Assembly (NCBI GenBank): GCA_019238055.1
Contig: JAFAOB010000218.1
Span: 1 to 49,488 of the forward strand
Source: Alphaproteobacteria bacterium
GTDB lineage: Bacteria; Pseudomonadota; Alphaproteobacteria; ATCC43930; CGMCC-115725
Length of the DNA stretch: 49,488 nt
Direction: 5' to 3'
Each line of letters starts with the position of its first letter. The stretch's first letter is position 1. Positions 8,388 through 18,455 of this stretch are shown here, piece after piece. A program made the translations under genes and the position numbers. The notes under the pieces were generated by a model. That model was not told the DNA's origin. It saw only the letters and a program-made list of their open reading frames with translations, and did no database searches.

Positions 8388-11314
8388 GTTTTGGCGCCCT
8401 CAATCTGCGGGTTAGGGTTGCGGATCAAGGCGGTATAGCTGGTGCGCGGGCGGGTGTTCAGCTCATCGAGCAGCACGTAATCAAGCGGGCTCGATTTGCG
8501 ACGCACGACTGCGCTCTCGGGGTCATTGCGGTTACCAAAGATGATTGCCTGCGTCGGGCAGCTCTGCTGGCAAGCGGTCATGACCGCTCCGTCCGGCACG
8601 AGAATGTTTTGTTTATCGGCCTCGATTTGCGCGGTGCGGACGCGCTGGATGCAATAGGTGCACTTTTCCATGACGCCGCGATTGCGGACAGTCACCTGCG
8701 GGTTCCACGATTCCGCTGGCCGGTCCTCCTGATAGGCAAAGCCGTAGAAATTAAAGCGGCGTACCTTGTATGGGCAGTTATTCGAACAGAACCGGGTACC
8801 GACGCACCGGTTGTAGACCATCAGATTGATGCCTTCGTGATCGTGCACAGTGGCATGCACCGGGCAAACGACCTCGCATGGCGCGTCCTCGCAATGCATG
8901 CAAGGGACCGGTTCGAACGCTATACCCGGGTTCTCGGCGGGTCCCGAGTAATACCGATCGATGCGCAGCCAGTGCATCTCGCGGTTTTGCAGCACCATGT
9001 CTTTGCCAACGACCGGTACGTTGTTCTCCGCCTGGCAGGCCACGGCGCAAGCCTGGCAGCCGATGCAGGAGTTCAGATCGATCGCCATCGCCCACGCGTA
9101 GCGCGGGTATTTGTAAGGCGGGTAAAGCGACTCGTCCGGTTGATGATGCTGCAGAAAACCAGGGTTCTCGCGAAATTCCGTCAGGGTTCCCTCGCGGATC
9201 AGGTCACGCCCGGCGACGCGGTCATGCCCTTGCGTCGTAGCGAGGCTGAAAGTTTCGCCGGTCCGCGACAGAGTGGCCCCAGCGGCGGTCCACATCTCCT
9301 CCGAAATGCGCAAATGGTAAGCGTCAAACCCAATGCCGGCGCCAAGGGCTCCGGCCTGATGACCAAAACCCAGTGGTAAGGTGATGCACTCTGGGGCTTG
9401 GCCGGGCAGCACAAAGACCGGTGCGCGCACCTGGCGTCCGCGATAGGTGATCTCGAGTACGTCCCCGGTGTCGAGGTTGAGCCGCTTGGCGGTTGCCGGG
9501 GCGATCAGCGCCGCATTGTCCCAAGTCAATCGGGTGAATGGGCGCGGCATCTCCAACAACCAAGGATTATTGGTGTAGCGACCATCCCAGACCAGCAAGT
9601 CTGGCCGAAAAATGAGCGGGATACCCGGCTGGGGCAGTTCCACCCGGGCCGGCAAGCTCGTCAATACACCAGCCGCGGGCGTCGCCGCGGCTGGTGGCGC
9701 GGCACTGCTTTCGACAATTCCGATACGCAGCGATTCATGCCAGAAGCGTTCGAAATCGCCGATGCCGCGCTGGTGCGCTTCACCCTGCCAGAAAGTGCGC
9801 ACCAGTTCATAATCGATCGGGAGCGTGTTCCCTTGCAATACAGCCAAGAGTTCGTGCGGCGAATGACCTTCATAGAGTCGCCGTACCTGCGGCTGCTGAA
9901 TTGTGATCGTGCCGTCAAAGGCGCGCGCATCGCCCCATGCCTCGTATTCCTGGGCCGCGGGCACCATCCAGGTGCTGGCGACAGCGGTCTCGTCGGCGTA
10001 AAGCGAGAGACTGACCGACATCGGCACCCGCTTTAGCGCGGTCGCAAAGTCGAGATTGGCCGGCGCGTTGTAGACGGGATTGGTGTCGAGCATCATCAGG
10101 GTGTCGACCCTGCCAGCGGCCATGTCGCTGACCAACTCTTCTAATGACTGACGCATCAAGACTGGGGAAGCAGCGACCGGTTCGATCGTCCGGATCGTCG
10201 TTCCAAATGCCCCAAGCGCACCATTGATCGCATCGGCAATAAGATGGATTTCGACCGGCTGCTCCCGGCCGGCATGAACGAGCACGCGGCCATGGTGCTG
10301 GAGCAGGTCCTGAGCCGCCGCATCGAGCCAAGCCGCTTCCCTGACTTGAACCTGCTTCCAGTCACTGGGGCCAGCGCCGGTCGCCGCGGCCAGATAGCGC
10401 ATTGTCGCGACCAGCTCCGTCGGGCTTAGCGGTAAGCGGTGATCCGCCTTGGCCCCGATCAGGGTCGGCGTGCTCTCGATCGCGTAAATCCGGCTCATCT
10501 TGCCGCCGGTCTCGTCGGGGCGGCGATGGGCGGCAAACTGGCGAGCGTAGGCGAGCCACCCCGGCACGCTCGAGATCAGATCGCTCTCGACGGCAAAGAC
10601 GATGTCAGCATTATCAAGATTGTAAATCTTGTCGAGCGGCCGGCCGAACGATCGCTGGATCGCGATATGTTCGTTGTCGCGATTGATCGGCTCCCATTGA
10701 TGCCAGCGCATCTCCGGAAATTGCTGCTGCAATGCCTTGATCTGAGCGCTGAGCGAGGGCGAAGTCACGGTCCCGGTCAGCAGGCGCAGGCCGGCACCGC
10801 GATGCGGCAACAGCTGCTCCCGTCGCTCGAACAGCGCGGTAATCAGGTGCTCCCACGAGTCGATCTGTCCCTGGCCGAGGATGGTCTGGGTGCGGCGCGG
10901 GTCGTAAAGTTCGAGAATGCTCGCCTGCATGATTGCGCTGGCGGCGCCAAGACTGGCCGGATGAGCCGGGTTGCCTTCGACCTTGACCGGCCGTGCCATC
11001 AGATGCGCGACCAGAACGCCAGTCGCATAACCCTCTCTGGTTGTCGCGGTCGCATAAAAATTGGCATGGCCGGGCACGATCCCGGGCGGCTGCTGGATAT
11101 AAGGGAGAAGCTGGCGCGGGTCCGGTTCGGGCCCACAGTCGGATAGACCACTGAGCGCCATTGCCGCCGCCATTAACCGCATAAAATTGCGGCGATCAAG
11201 CGGGCCGAGCATGCCGCGAAATCGCGGTGCCTCGCGCTCGACGATCTCGGCAAATCCCGGGCTCTCCGCCAGCTCTTCGAGGCTGCGCCAATAATCGCGG
11301 TGTGCGGCGCTCAT
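8384..11314 (-). CDS. actB: alternative complex III subunit ActB (fused molybdopterin-oxidoreductase-like + 4Fe-4S ferredoxin domains, Tat signal)
   Basis: N-terminus is MSAAHRDYWRSLEELAESPGF.. with Tat motif DRRNFMRLMAAAMA. C-terminal Fe-S cysteine clusters: CIGCQACAVAC, CMHCEDAPCEVVCP, CVGTRFCSNNCPYKVRRFN. The ATG at 11314 overlaps the actA stop (an alternative ATG is at 11323). The track ORF extends to 11410. Confidence 0.93.
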   Translation of the reverse strand: MSAAHRDYWRSLEELAESPGFAEIVEREAPRFRGMLGPLDRRNFMRLMAAAMALSGLSDCGPEPDPRQLLPYIQQPPGIVPGHANFYATATTREGYATGVLVAHLMARPVKVEGNPAHPASLGAASAIMQASILELYDPRRTQTILGQGQIDSWEHLITALFERREQLLPHRGAGLRLLTGTVTSPSLSAQIKALQQQFPEMRWHQWEPINRDNEHIAIQRSFGRPLDKIYNLDNADIVFAVESDLISSVPGWLAYARQFAAHRRPDETGGKMSRIYAIESTPTLIGAKADHRLPLSPTELVATMRYLAAATGAGPSDWKQVQVREAAWLDAAAQDLLQHHGRVLVHAGREQPVEIHLIADAINGALGAFGTTIRTIEPVAASPVLMRQSLEELVSDMAAGRVDTLMMLDTNPVYNAPANLDFATALKRVPMSVSLSLYADETAVASTWMVPAAQEYEAWGDARAFDGTITIQQPQVRRLYEGHSPHELLAVLQGNTLPIDYELVRTFWQGEAHQRGIGDFERFWHESLRIGIVESSAAPPAAATPAAGVLTSLPARVELPQPGIPLIFRPDLLVWDGRYTNNPWLLEMPRPFTRLTWDNAALIAPATAKRLNLDTGDVLEITYRGRQVRAPVFVLPGQAPECITLPLGFGHQAGALGAGIGFDAYHLRISEEMWTAAGATLSRTGETFSLATTQGHDRVAGRDLIREGTLTEFRENPGFLQHHQPDESLYPPYKYPRYAWAMAIDLNSCIGCQACAVACQAENNVPVVGKDMVLQNREMHWLRIDRYYSGPAENPGIAFEPVPCMHCEDAPCEVVCPVHATVHDHEGINLMVYNRCVGTRFCSNNCPYKVRRFNFYGFAYQEDRPAESWNPQVTVRNRGVMEKCTYCIQRVRTAQIEADKQNILVPDGAVMTACQQSCPTQAIIFGNRNDPESAVVRRKSSPLDYVLLDELNTRPRTSYTALIRNPNPQIEGAKT

Positions 11315-11961
11315 CGGTGGCATACCCCGCAGTCCGACAGCGTTTCGGGATGAATGTGATAGGCCGTCATCAACGCCGTACCGGACGGCGTATTGGCGGT
11401 CCGCTTCCAAGACGGGTTGAAGACCTGGTCAAGCGGCCGCAAATGTGGCGCCGGATTGCGGTGGCAATCGAGGCACCAACTCATGTAAAGCGTTGTCGTT
11501 TTACGGGTCAGCGCTTCATCGCCGATCGAGACGTGACACTCGGTGCAGCCGACGCCCTTGGCGATGTGAATGCTGTGATCGAAATAAACGTAATCTGGCA
11601 GCCGATAAACCCAATTCCAGCGCAACGAGATGTTCTCGGCAAAACTCTGCCGCACCGGCTCCAGGACACCGGCATGTGTCCAGATCTGGGAGTGGCAGGT
11701 CATACAGGTCTCGGTTGGCGGCATGCCCGCGTATTGACCGGTTTCGACAGTCATGTGGCAATAACGACAATCGAGGCCGAGCCCGGTAACATGGTGGCGA
11801 TGGCTGAACGGGACCGGCTGTTCGGGCGCGTATCGTTCCTGTGTATTGTATCCCATGACCGGCACGACCCAGATCGAGAGCAACGCTCCCAGGAATAGAA
11901 CCACGACCGAAACGAGCGCCGTATTCATCCACAAATTGGCTCTCGGTCCGAAGATCGCCAC
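11311..11961 (-). CDS. actA: alternative complex III subunit ActA (pentaheme cytochrome c, N-terminal TM anchor)
   Basis: Five CxxCH motifs (CRYCH, CMTCH, CTECH, CLDCH, CGVCH) and an N-terminal TM helix. First gene of the cluster. Confidence 0.9.
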   Translation of the reverse strand: MAIFGPRANLWMNTALVSVVVLFLGALLSIWVVPVMGYNTQERYAPEQPVPFSHRHHVTGLGLDCRYCHMTVETGQYAGMPPTETCMTCHSQIWTHAGVLEPVRQSFAENISLRWNWVYRLPDYVYFDHSIHIAKGVGCTECHVSIGDEALTRKTTTLYMSWCLDCHRNPAPHLRPLDQVFNPSWKRTANTPSGTALMTAYHIHPETLSDCGVCHR

Positions 11962-12043
11962 CGACTACTCCGTTCAGGCGACCCCCGGATCGCGAAGGCT
12001 TCAACGGACTATTTTCGGATTCGGTTCCGCAGAGTTTCCGATT

Positions 12044-13057
12044 CTAACGGCTGGAATTTTGCTGCGCGGCTGGCTTTACGCCGATCACCATCGCGGCGAT
12101 CAGCGCCGCCAGCGGCAGCCCCAAGGTGAGCAATGTGCCGCGATGCTCATTTGCCCAGAGCTGCGGGCTCACAGTCGTGGCCTCGTCGTCGAACCGGCCA
12201 TGCGTCTGCGGATCTCCCGGAACCGGGTCGAAGAGATTGTCTGGTTGACCGGCTTCAGCGGCCTCCTGCGTCAGTTGGCCGCTATAGCCGGTTTTGGCGA
12301 GATAGCGGTCGAGCAAACCCGGAAAGAATTTGTTCCCGACAATCGCCTTGACGCTGGAGCGCGCTACCCATACTTCCCGACGCCGCGAATGTGCCGCATA
12401 GACGATCGCGTCGGCGGCGACCTCGGGCTGGAAGATCGGCGCAATCGGCCGGGGCCGACGGCTCATCTTGTTTCGCGCCCAGTTGAATTGCGGCGTGTTG
12501 AGCGCCGGCATCTGAACCATTACGAGATTGACACTGACCCCGTCATGGATCAGCTCAGTGCGCAGGCTGTCGGTAAATCCGCGGATCGCGAACTTAGAGC
12601 CGCAATAAACCGATTGCAGCGGTACCGCACGATAGCTCAGAGCTGACCCGACCTGGACGATGGTGCCGCGATTGCGTGCCCGCATGCGCTTCAATGCCGC
12701 CATCGTGCCATAGACAAAGCCCAAATAGGTCACCTCGGTAGCACGGCGATACTCTTCGGGCGAAATGCGGTGAAACGGGGCGAAGATCGTTGCCATCGCG
12801 CAATTGACCCAGATGTCGATTGGGCCGAAATGGTTCTCGACCCGCTCGGCCGCCGCTTCGACCGCATCAGGATCAGCCATATCGAGCGGCAATGTCAGTG
12901 CTTTGCCGCCTTGCTGTTCGACCTCCGCCGCAGCTGCCTGCAACCCTTGGGTGCCACGTGCGACTAGTCCGATCCGCGCCTCTCGCCGAGCAAAGGCGTG
13001 GGCGGTGGCGCGCCCGACGCCGGCAGAGGCCCCGGTTACGACGACCGTCTCTGACAT
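12044..13057 (-). CDS. SDR family oxidoreductase with C-terminal membrane anchor
   Basis: Rossmann motif VVVTGASAGVGRA, catalytic YCGSKFAIRG (YxxxK), and a hydrophobic C-terminus LLTLGLPLAALIAAMVIGV. Confidence 0.88.
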   Translation of the reverse strand: MSETVVVTGASAGVGRATAHAFARREARIGLVARGTQGLQAAAAEVEQQGGKALTLPLDMADPDAVEAAAERVENHFGPIDIWVNCAMATIFAPFHRISPEEYRRATEVTYLGFVYGTMAALKRMRARNRGTIVQVGSALSYRAVPLQSVYCGSKFAIRGFTDSLRTELIHDGVSVNLVMVQMPALNTPQFNWARNKMSRRPRPIAPIFQPEVAADAIVYAAHSRRREVWVARSSVKAIVGNKFFPGLLDRYLAKTGYSGQLTQEAAEAGQPDNLFDPVPGDPQTHGRFDDEATTVSPQLWANEHRGTLLTLGLPLAALIAAMVIGVKPAAQQNSSR

Positions 13058-13090
13058 TCCTACCTCCCAAAAAGCGTGTGACGTGCTTTG

Positions 13091-14965
13091 TCAGATGTCG
13101 GTCGGCCAGTGATGGTCGAGTTGCAGGATCGCTCGGGCATATTCAGCGTGCGAAAAGATCATTGGGATATTCCCGAGCAATTCGCCCGAGCGGCTGTCGA
13201 CCTCCTCCGAAAACAGCCCGCTCCCGCCGATCAATCCCTCAATGCGCCGCAGCATCGCATCCGCATCCTTGTCCCGGTCCATCAGCGCATAGACTGCGGC
13301 GAGCCAGAAGCAGCAGGGCAGGAAAGCACCTTCAAACTCGACCATGGAAAGGTCGCTGCGCTCGGGTCGGAAGCGGTGCACCAAGCCATCGACCATCAGG
13401 TCCTGCTCGATCCGCTGCACGGTCGCGACGACCCGTGGATGGTTCGGCTCGAGAAAACCCATCAGCGGAATCAGCAGGGTCGAGGCATCGAGCGTATCGG
13501 CGCCATAGTGCTGGCGGAACGATTGTAGCTCGTCGCTCCATCCCCGCTCCATGACATCGTCATGGATTTCGGCCATTGCTGCTCGCCACCGCCGCAGATT
13601 GCCGTTGTCGCCGCTGCGGTCGGCGAAGTCGAGCGCGCGTTTGAGCGTCGTCCAGCTCATGACCTTGCTGCTGACGTAATGGCGCTGCTCGTCTCTTTCC
13701 CAGATGCCGCTGCTCGGCTTGCGCCAGCTCTTGGCGGTATAATCGGCAATCCGCGAGATCAGCCGCCAATACTCGGGTGCCCAGCGCCCGCCCTTGATCA
13801 AATAGATAACGGCACAATCCGCCAGATATCCCAAACAATCAAGCTGACGTTGCCGAAAAGCGTGATTGCCAAATCGCACCGGCCGGGATCCGCGATAGCC
13901 GGCGAGGTCATCACGATTGCGTTGTTTAATATCGGTACCACCGTCGATGCGGTAGAGAACTTGCACGGGCATCTCGGTCGATGAGCCCAGCTGCGAGATC
14001 CAGCTCAGATAGCGCTCGGCGCTCTCGACATCGCCCAGGACCGACAGTGTCGCCATTGCCATCGACGCGTCGCGGATCCAGGCATAGCGGTAATCATAGT
14101 TGCGATTGCCGCCGATGCGCTCAGGCAGCGAGCTGGTCGCTGCGGCGGCAAGTGCCCCGGTCGGAGCGAAGGACAACAGCTCGGTCGCCAGCGCGGCGCG
14201 CAGGATCGATTGCCGTCGCGGTCCTTGATAATCATAGCGACCGGTCCAGTTGCGCCAGTATCCGATCGTCTCGGTCAGCGCCCTCTCCGCCGCCTCGACA
14301 CTCCAGGTCCCGGGCATTTTGCCGGTCGCCAGAATTGCCCAGAATTCCTCACCGGCGGCGAGCCGAAAGTTGGCGCGCGCCGGATCGTCGATCGGCTCGC
14401 CGCGACTCGTCCATAAGCTCAAGGCGAGCCCCGCGACCCGCAGCTCGCAGCCCCCTCCAACGGGAGACAGGATCGGTGTCGCACCGAACTGATCTCGCGG
14501 CTGCAGTTCGAGCACACAATCGACTGAACCGCTGCGACAGCGGAGCCGGCGCAGCAAAGCGCGATGATCCTGCTCGTCCGCCCGACGGTCCCCTTGTGGC
14601 AGCAACATCGCGTCAGTCAGCTCGAGCTCGCCACCATCAGCATCCCATCGTGTCGCCGCCGCGTTTGTTTCTTCGAGATATTTCTGGCGGCCTTCTCGGC
14701 CGCTGGCCGGCCCGAGACGCCAATACCCGCCGCGCCCTGCATCGAGCAATCGGCCAAAGATTGGAAGTCCGTCGAAATTGGGTAGGCAAAGCCATTGCGC
14801 GCACCCGTCCGCAGTAATCACCGCGGCGGTTCGGCGATCGCCAATGACTGCAAGCCGAGAGATTGGCGGGTACACAGAGGGAGCTTCGCCATGATTGGAG
14901 GCCACCGCGTGCAGTGCCGCCGAACCAGCGAAATCATCACCTTTTGAGTTGTTTGTGTCGTCCAT
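13091..14965 (-). CDS. glycoside hydrolase family 15 protein (glucoamylase/trehalase-like)
   Basis: The N-terminal YPPISRLAVIGDRRTAAVITADGCAQWLCLPNFDGLPIFGRLLD and C-terminal LFSEEVDSRSGELLGNIPMIFSHAEY are GH15 hallmarks. Start placed at MDDTNNSK (14965). The track ORF (to 15529) would overlap the upstream transporter gene. Confidence 0.85.
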   Translation of the reverse strand: MDDTNNSKGDDFAGSAALHAVASNHGEAPSVYPPISRLAVIGDRRTAAVITADGCAQWLCLPNFDGLPIFGRLLDAGRGGYWRLGPASGREGRQKYLEETNAAATRWDADGGELELTDAMLLPQGDRRADEQDHRALLRRLRCRSGSVDCVLELQPRDQFGATPILSPVGGGCELRVAGLALSLWTSRGEPIDDPARANFRLAAGEEFWAILATGKMPGTWSVEAAERALTETIGYWRNWTGRYDYQGPRRQSILRAALATELLSFAPTGALAAAATSSLPERIGGNRNYDYRYAWIRDASMAMATLSVLGDVESAERYLSWISQLGSSTEMPVQVLYRIDGGTDIKQRNRDDLAGYRGSRPVRFGNHAFRQRQLDCLGYLADCAVIYLIKGGRWAPEYWRLISRIADYTAKSWRKPSSGIWERDEQRHYVSSKVMSWTTLKRALDFADRSGDNGNLRRWRAAMAEIHDDVMERGWSDELQSFRQHYGADTLDASTLLIPLMGFLEPNHPRVVATVQRIEQDLMVDGLVHRFRPERSDLSMVEFEGAFLPCCFWLAAVYALMDRDKDADAMLRRIEGLIGGSGLFSEEVDSRSGELLGNIPMIFSHAEYARAILQLDHHWPTDI

Positions 14966-15066
14966 CGCCACCAAGGCTGGTTCGCTGCCCTGGTCTGGGC
15001 TGCGTGTGCCAACGCTTGTCGCTAAAGAATGTTCCGGCACCCTGGTCGCGAGTTCACCCCTCAGCA

Positions 15067-16221
15067 TCAACCCTGTTTTGGATCGGCCGCGGCTTCGGTG
15101 CTGGCGTCCAACATTCCCTCGACATACACCATCCGGGTCAATACCACTGCCGCAGCCGTGATCGGAGTTGCCAAGGCAAGGCCGGCGATGCCGACGATCA
15201 CACTGAGGATCGCTTGTGCCGACAAGGTCAATGCCGGCGGCAGATGGGCCGCTCGCTTCTGTACCAGCGGCACCAGAATGTAGCCCTCGAGCGTGTGTGC
15301 GCCGACATAGAGCAGGACCGTGTAGAGGGCGAGCTCGGAGCCGATTGTAAACGCGAGAAGTGCGGCTGGTATTGCTGAAATTACGGTCCCGGCGTACGGA
15401 ACGAAGGTCAGGATGCCGGCCAACAGTCCGAGCGCGCCGGGAACCGGCACCCCCAACAACCATAGGCCAATGCCGGTGACGACCCCGATCACTGTCATCG
15501 AGAACAGACGGCCCATCTCCCAATACCATAGGGTATTCGCGGTTTGCTCAAGGATATAACGGGCGCGCGGGCGCTTTGTCGGTGGAACGAGACTGATAGC
15601 GCCCCGTGCATAAAGGTCCGGCTCAATAGCGCCGTAAAGACCGATGAAAAAAAAGATGACGAGGGCGGCGGCAATCTCGACCGTGACATGGGCTACGCCA
15701 AAGACCGTGCTCGCCACAGTTCCCGCAATATTCCCGGCATTGGTAGTATTCGCGATCTTCGCCGGACTGATCTCGTTAAGGATCAGACGGCCCCAATAAA
15801 ACTGTCTGATTTTGTCTTCGAAATTATGGAATGCGCGCGGCAAATCTTGGGATAGCTGAGCGATTTGGCTGTCGATCTGATCGTTGAAAAACCAGGAGAT
15901 TGCCGCCAAGATTATAAGGATACCAACGATGGCGATCAGCAGCGCCCAGCCGATCGGCAGGTGGAGCCCGAATTTGTGCGACAATCGCTGGACCACATCC
16001 GCAAGACCGCGCAGGAAAATCGCGAGCAGGATGCCGGCGAAAATCACCAGGAGTACATTGATCGCGAGCCAAGCCAGCACCAGCCCCAGTGCTATGAGGA
16101 CGCTGTTGCGGATGGTGCGGGCAATACTCTGGACCGCAGCTGCGGGGATGTTGATCTGACCGAGACGCCATCCGGCGGCAGTCAGTCCCGCGGGCGCGGA
16201 TTTGGCGACGGTTTCGTCCAT
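15067..16221 (-). CDS. AI-2E family transporter (PerM/YhhT-like permease)
   Basis: About 8-TM permease with the typical C-terminal ..GLLAGILTFVPYAGTVISAIPAALLAF.. Start placed at MDETVAKS (16221). Confidence 0.85.
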   Translation of the reverse strand: MDETVAKSAPAGLTAAGWRLGQINIPAAAVQSIARTIRNSVLIALGLVLAWLAINVLLVIFAGILLAIFLRGLADVVQRLSHKFGLHLPIGWALLIAIVGILIILAAISWFFNDQIDSQIAQLSQDLPRAFHNFEDKIRQFYWGRLILNEISPAKIANTTNAGNIAGTVASTVFGVAHVTVEIAAALVIFFFIGLYGAIEPDLYARGAISLVPPTKRPRARYILEQTANTLWYWEMGRLFSMTVIGVVTGIGLWLLGVPVPGALGLLAGILTFVPYAGTVISAIPAALLAFTIGSELALYTVLLYVGAHTLEGYILVPLVQKRAAHLPPALTLSAQAILSVIVGIAGLALATPITAAAVVLTRMVYVEGMLDASTEAAADPKQG

Positions 16222-16607
16222 TTGAGGCTCCACGCGGCAGCAATAAGACGCGCGGCTTTCTTTCAGCCGCCCCGGCGTGGCCTCCGGAGACTCCTCTCGC
16301 CGTTGCCCTGGCCACGTATCATCAAACGAAGGATTCTGTTGGGTGTTCCGCTGTAGATAAATGGCGCCATGGCGGGTCGCCAAACGCGGCGCAAAGGACG
16401 CGGCACCAGGCATAACCCTGGCGGGTGAGTTCCCCCTTTCGGGAACGGTGGTAGGATCAGGTATGTTCGTTCACGAAACCAAGTGCAGAGGTTGGATATG
16501 TCGCGCTATCCGCCGCTTGACGCGAGAAGGCCAGACCGGCTGCGGGACGATCGAGAGAAAGCCATCTCGCCCGGCCTTTGGCTTGACCAAAGCGCAGTGA
16601 TCTTACG

Positions 16608-17288
16608 ATGACGGCCGATCCTGCCGCCTCGGCGGTCGAGTTTGTGACCGTTCTGGGGAGTACCTCGGCGGCTTGGCCGGATGAGTTATGGGCCGGATCG
16701 GTAGCCTGGGTGGACGCAAGACTCCGCTCATACTATGGCATCTACGAATTCACCGACGACCCCGCCTGCGTTTTGCGGGTAGCGCTTAGCCCAGCACGAA
16801 TGGCGGCCTCGCTATCAGACGGAACAGAGGTCGAGGTCGGCGAACTCGTCGGCATCCTGCATTTTTGGAACGAGCACCTGCCGCGCTATTCGGAGAAAGG
16901 CCCAGATCTCGGGTGGGCCTGTTCAATGCGCGATCGCGTCATCTACTCGCTTCGGGCATTCTCGGCGTACATTGAGCATGATCCCGCTTGGCGTCAGGTC
17001 CGCGCCATTCGGGCCGAGACCGCCTTGCCGGCGCGGCTCGGCGCTCCCCAGATCGCCCGCGTGTTCCAGCGCTATGGCTTTGAGCGGATTCCAACCGAGC
17101 CGTCATTCCTCGCGCGTCTGCATGGGCTCGGCGAATGCTGCATTCTATGGGGTATTACCCGAGCGCTCAACCCGGCCGCAATGCCGCGACAACGTTTTCT
17201 CAGGGATCGCTGTGAATTGTGGATTTCGCGGGCGGCGCTGCTGGCCCGCTATGCCAATCGCGGCAATGCGGGACGCGCCGAGGCCTGA
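16608..17288 (+). CDS. conserved hypothetical protein (possibly YkoP-like) coupled to the downstream glycosyltransferase
   Basis: 226-aa ORF with coding-like composition. Its stop abuts the GT2 start (TGAATG at 17286-17291). The family assignment is only a vague recollection. Confidence 0.55.
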   Translation: MTADPAASAVEFVTVLGSTSAAWPDELWAGSVAWVDARLRSYYGIYEFTDDPACVLRVALSPARMAASLSDGTEVEVGELVGILHFWNEHLPRYSEKGPDLGWACSMRDRVIYSLRAFSAYIEHDPAWRQVRAIRAETALPARLGAPQIARVFQRYGFERIPTEPSFLARLHGLGECCILWGITRALNPAAMPRQRFLRDRCELWISRAALLARYANRGNAGRAEA

Positions 17289-18455
17289 ATGCTCGCTTTG
17301 ATTTGCGGCGCAATATGGGCCAGCCTGGTGATTTATCTGCTTTGCCGCGCACTACGGCAGTTCCGCAATTACCAGCGAGCGACACTCCTAGCCACCTCAA
17401 CAACGAATGATTTACCGAGCGTCTCGACCATCGTCCCGGTCAGGAACGAAATCGCCAATATCGGCCTTTGTTTGAAAGGGCTGACGGAGCAAACTGGTCC
17501 GGCGAGCGGGTCGCATATCATCGTCGTCGATGACGGCTCGCAAGATGGCACCCGGGCAGTTGTGGGACAATATATCAAGATCAATCCCAGGATTTCCCTA
17601 CATGATGCCGGGCCATTGCCGGCTGGATGGACCGGCAAGCCACATGCCTGCTGGCGCGGGGCGTTGCTGGCGGATAGCGACTGGCTGTGCTTCATCGATG
17701 CCGATGTGCGTGCTGCCCCGGAGCTGATTGGCACCGCGGTGACCACTGCCGCCGAGCAGGGGATCGACATGCTTTCGCTGCATCCGCGGCAGGATCTTGG
17801 CAGCTTTTGGGAACGGGTGGTGATACCGGCCGGTCTTTTGGTACTCGCTTGCGCCAAGCGTTTCGAGCCAACCTCACAGGACATCGTAAACGGGCAGTTT
17901 CTTTTGATCCGGCGCGAGGCGTATTTCGCGGTCGGCGGCCATTCCCAGGTGTGTGCCGAGATTTGCGAAGACAAGGCGCTTGCCACTCGGCTCAGATCTC
18001 AAGGCTTGCGGCTGCAAGTGCTCGCCGCCCCGCAGCTCGCCGCAACGCGGATGTACCGCGACCTGCATTCGTTGTGGGAAGGATTTGCTAAAAATTCTGC
18101 CGAGGCTCTGGGGAGTGTCCCCGCCACGCTGACCGCCGCGCTGACCACCTTTGTGTTTGCCTGGACGGCGCTGCTGCTGCCGGTCGCCACCCTATCCGTG
18201 GCATTCGCCGCGCCTTCTCTCGCCGCGGTGACCGGCGCGATTTTGGCCATGATCGGTACCGTCATCGTTGCCGGCGTTCACTTTGGCACGGCGCGCCATT
18301 TTCGTATCCCAGTCGTTTTCGGTTTGACGTTCACGCTGGGCTACACCGCAGTCGCGTGTCTCGCCTGCCATGGCGTCATCACTCAGCTCACGGGGCGGGT
18401 CACGTGGAAGGGACGGACATATCAATTGACCAAGACATCGCCGGGCCGCGCGTAG
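17289..18455 (+). CDS. family 2 glycosyltransferase, membrane-embedded (HpnB/CrtQ-like architecture)
   Basis: N-terminal TM, then VSTIVPVRNE...IIVVDDGSQDGT, GWTGKPHACW and FIDADV (DxD) motifs, with C-terminal TM helices. Confidence 0.85.
   Translation: MLALICGAIWASLVIYLLCRALRQFRNYQRATLLATSTTNDLPSVSTIVPVRNEIANIGLCLKGLTEQTGPASGSHIIVVDDGSQDGTRAVVGQYIKINPRISLHDAGPLPAGWTGKPHACWRGALLADSDWLCFIDADVRAAPELIGTAVTTAAEQGIDMLSLHPRQDLGSFWERVVIPAGLLVLACAKRFEPTSQDIVNGQFLLIRREAYFAVGGHSQVCAEICEDKALATRLRSQGLRLQVLAAPQLAATRMYRDLHSLWEGFAKNSAEALGSVPATLTAALTTFVFAWTALLLPVATLSVAFAAPSLAAVTGAILAMIGTVIVAGVHFGTARHFRIPVVFGLTFTLGYTAVACLACHGVITQLTGRVTWKGRTYQLTKTSPGRA

Noticed and set aside
8339-11146. Several long + strand ORFs (8339..9379, 9398..10036, 10439..11146) opposite actB
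   Set aside because: They are shadow frames of a 976-aa gene with clear Fe-S and Tat motifs. None has a recognisable domain.
13091-15529. The 812-aa form of the GH15 ORF, and similar long N-terminal extensions on other track ORFs (2746..3837, 6475..7152, 5963..6574, 15067..16413, 19664..20407, 39906..41039, 40805..41725)
   Set aside because: The extensions are Arg/Gly/Pro-rich and overlap the upstream gene. Internal Met codons coincide with SD sequences or stop/start overlaps and with the expected family N-termini.
16361-16600. 79-aa + ORF in the 385-bp divergent intergenic region
   Set aside because: It has no SD, no motifs and an Arg/Gly/Cys-rich composition. The region is more likely to be regulatory or leader sequence.
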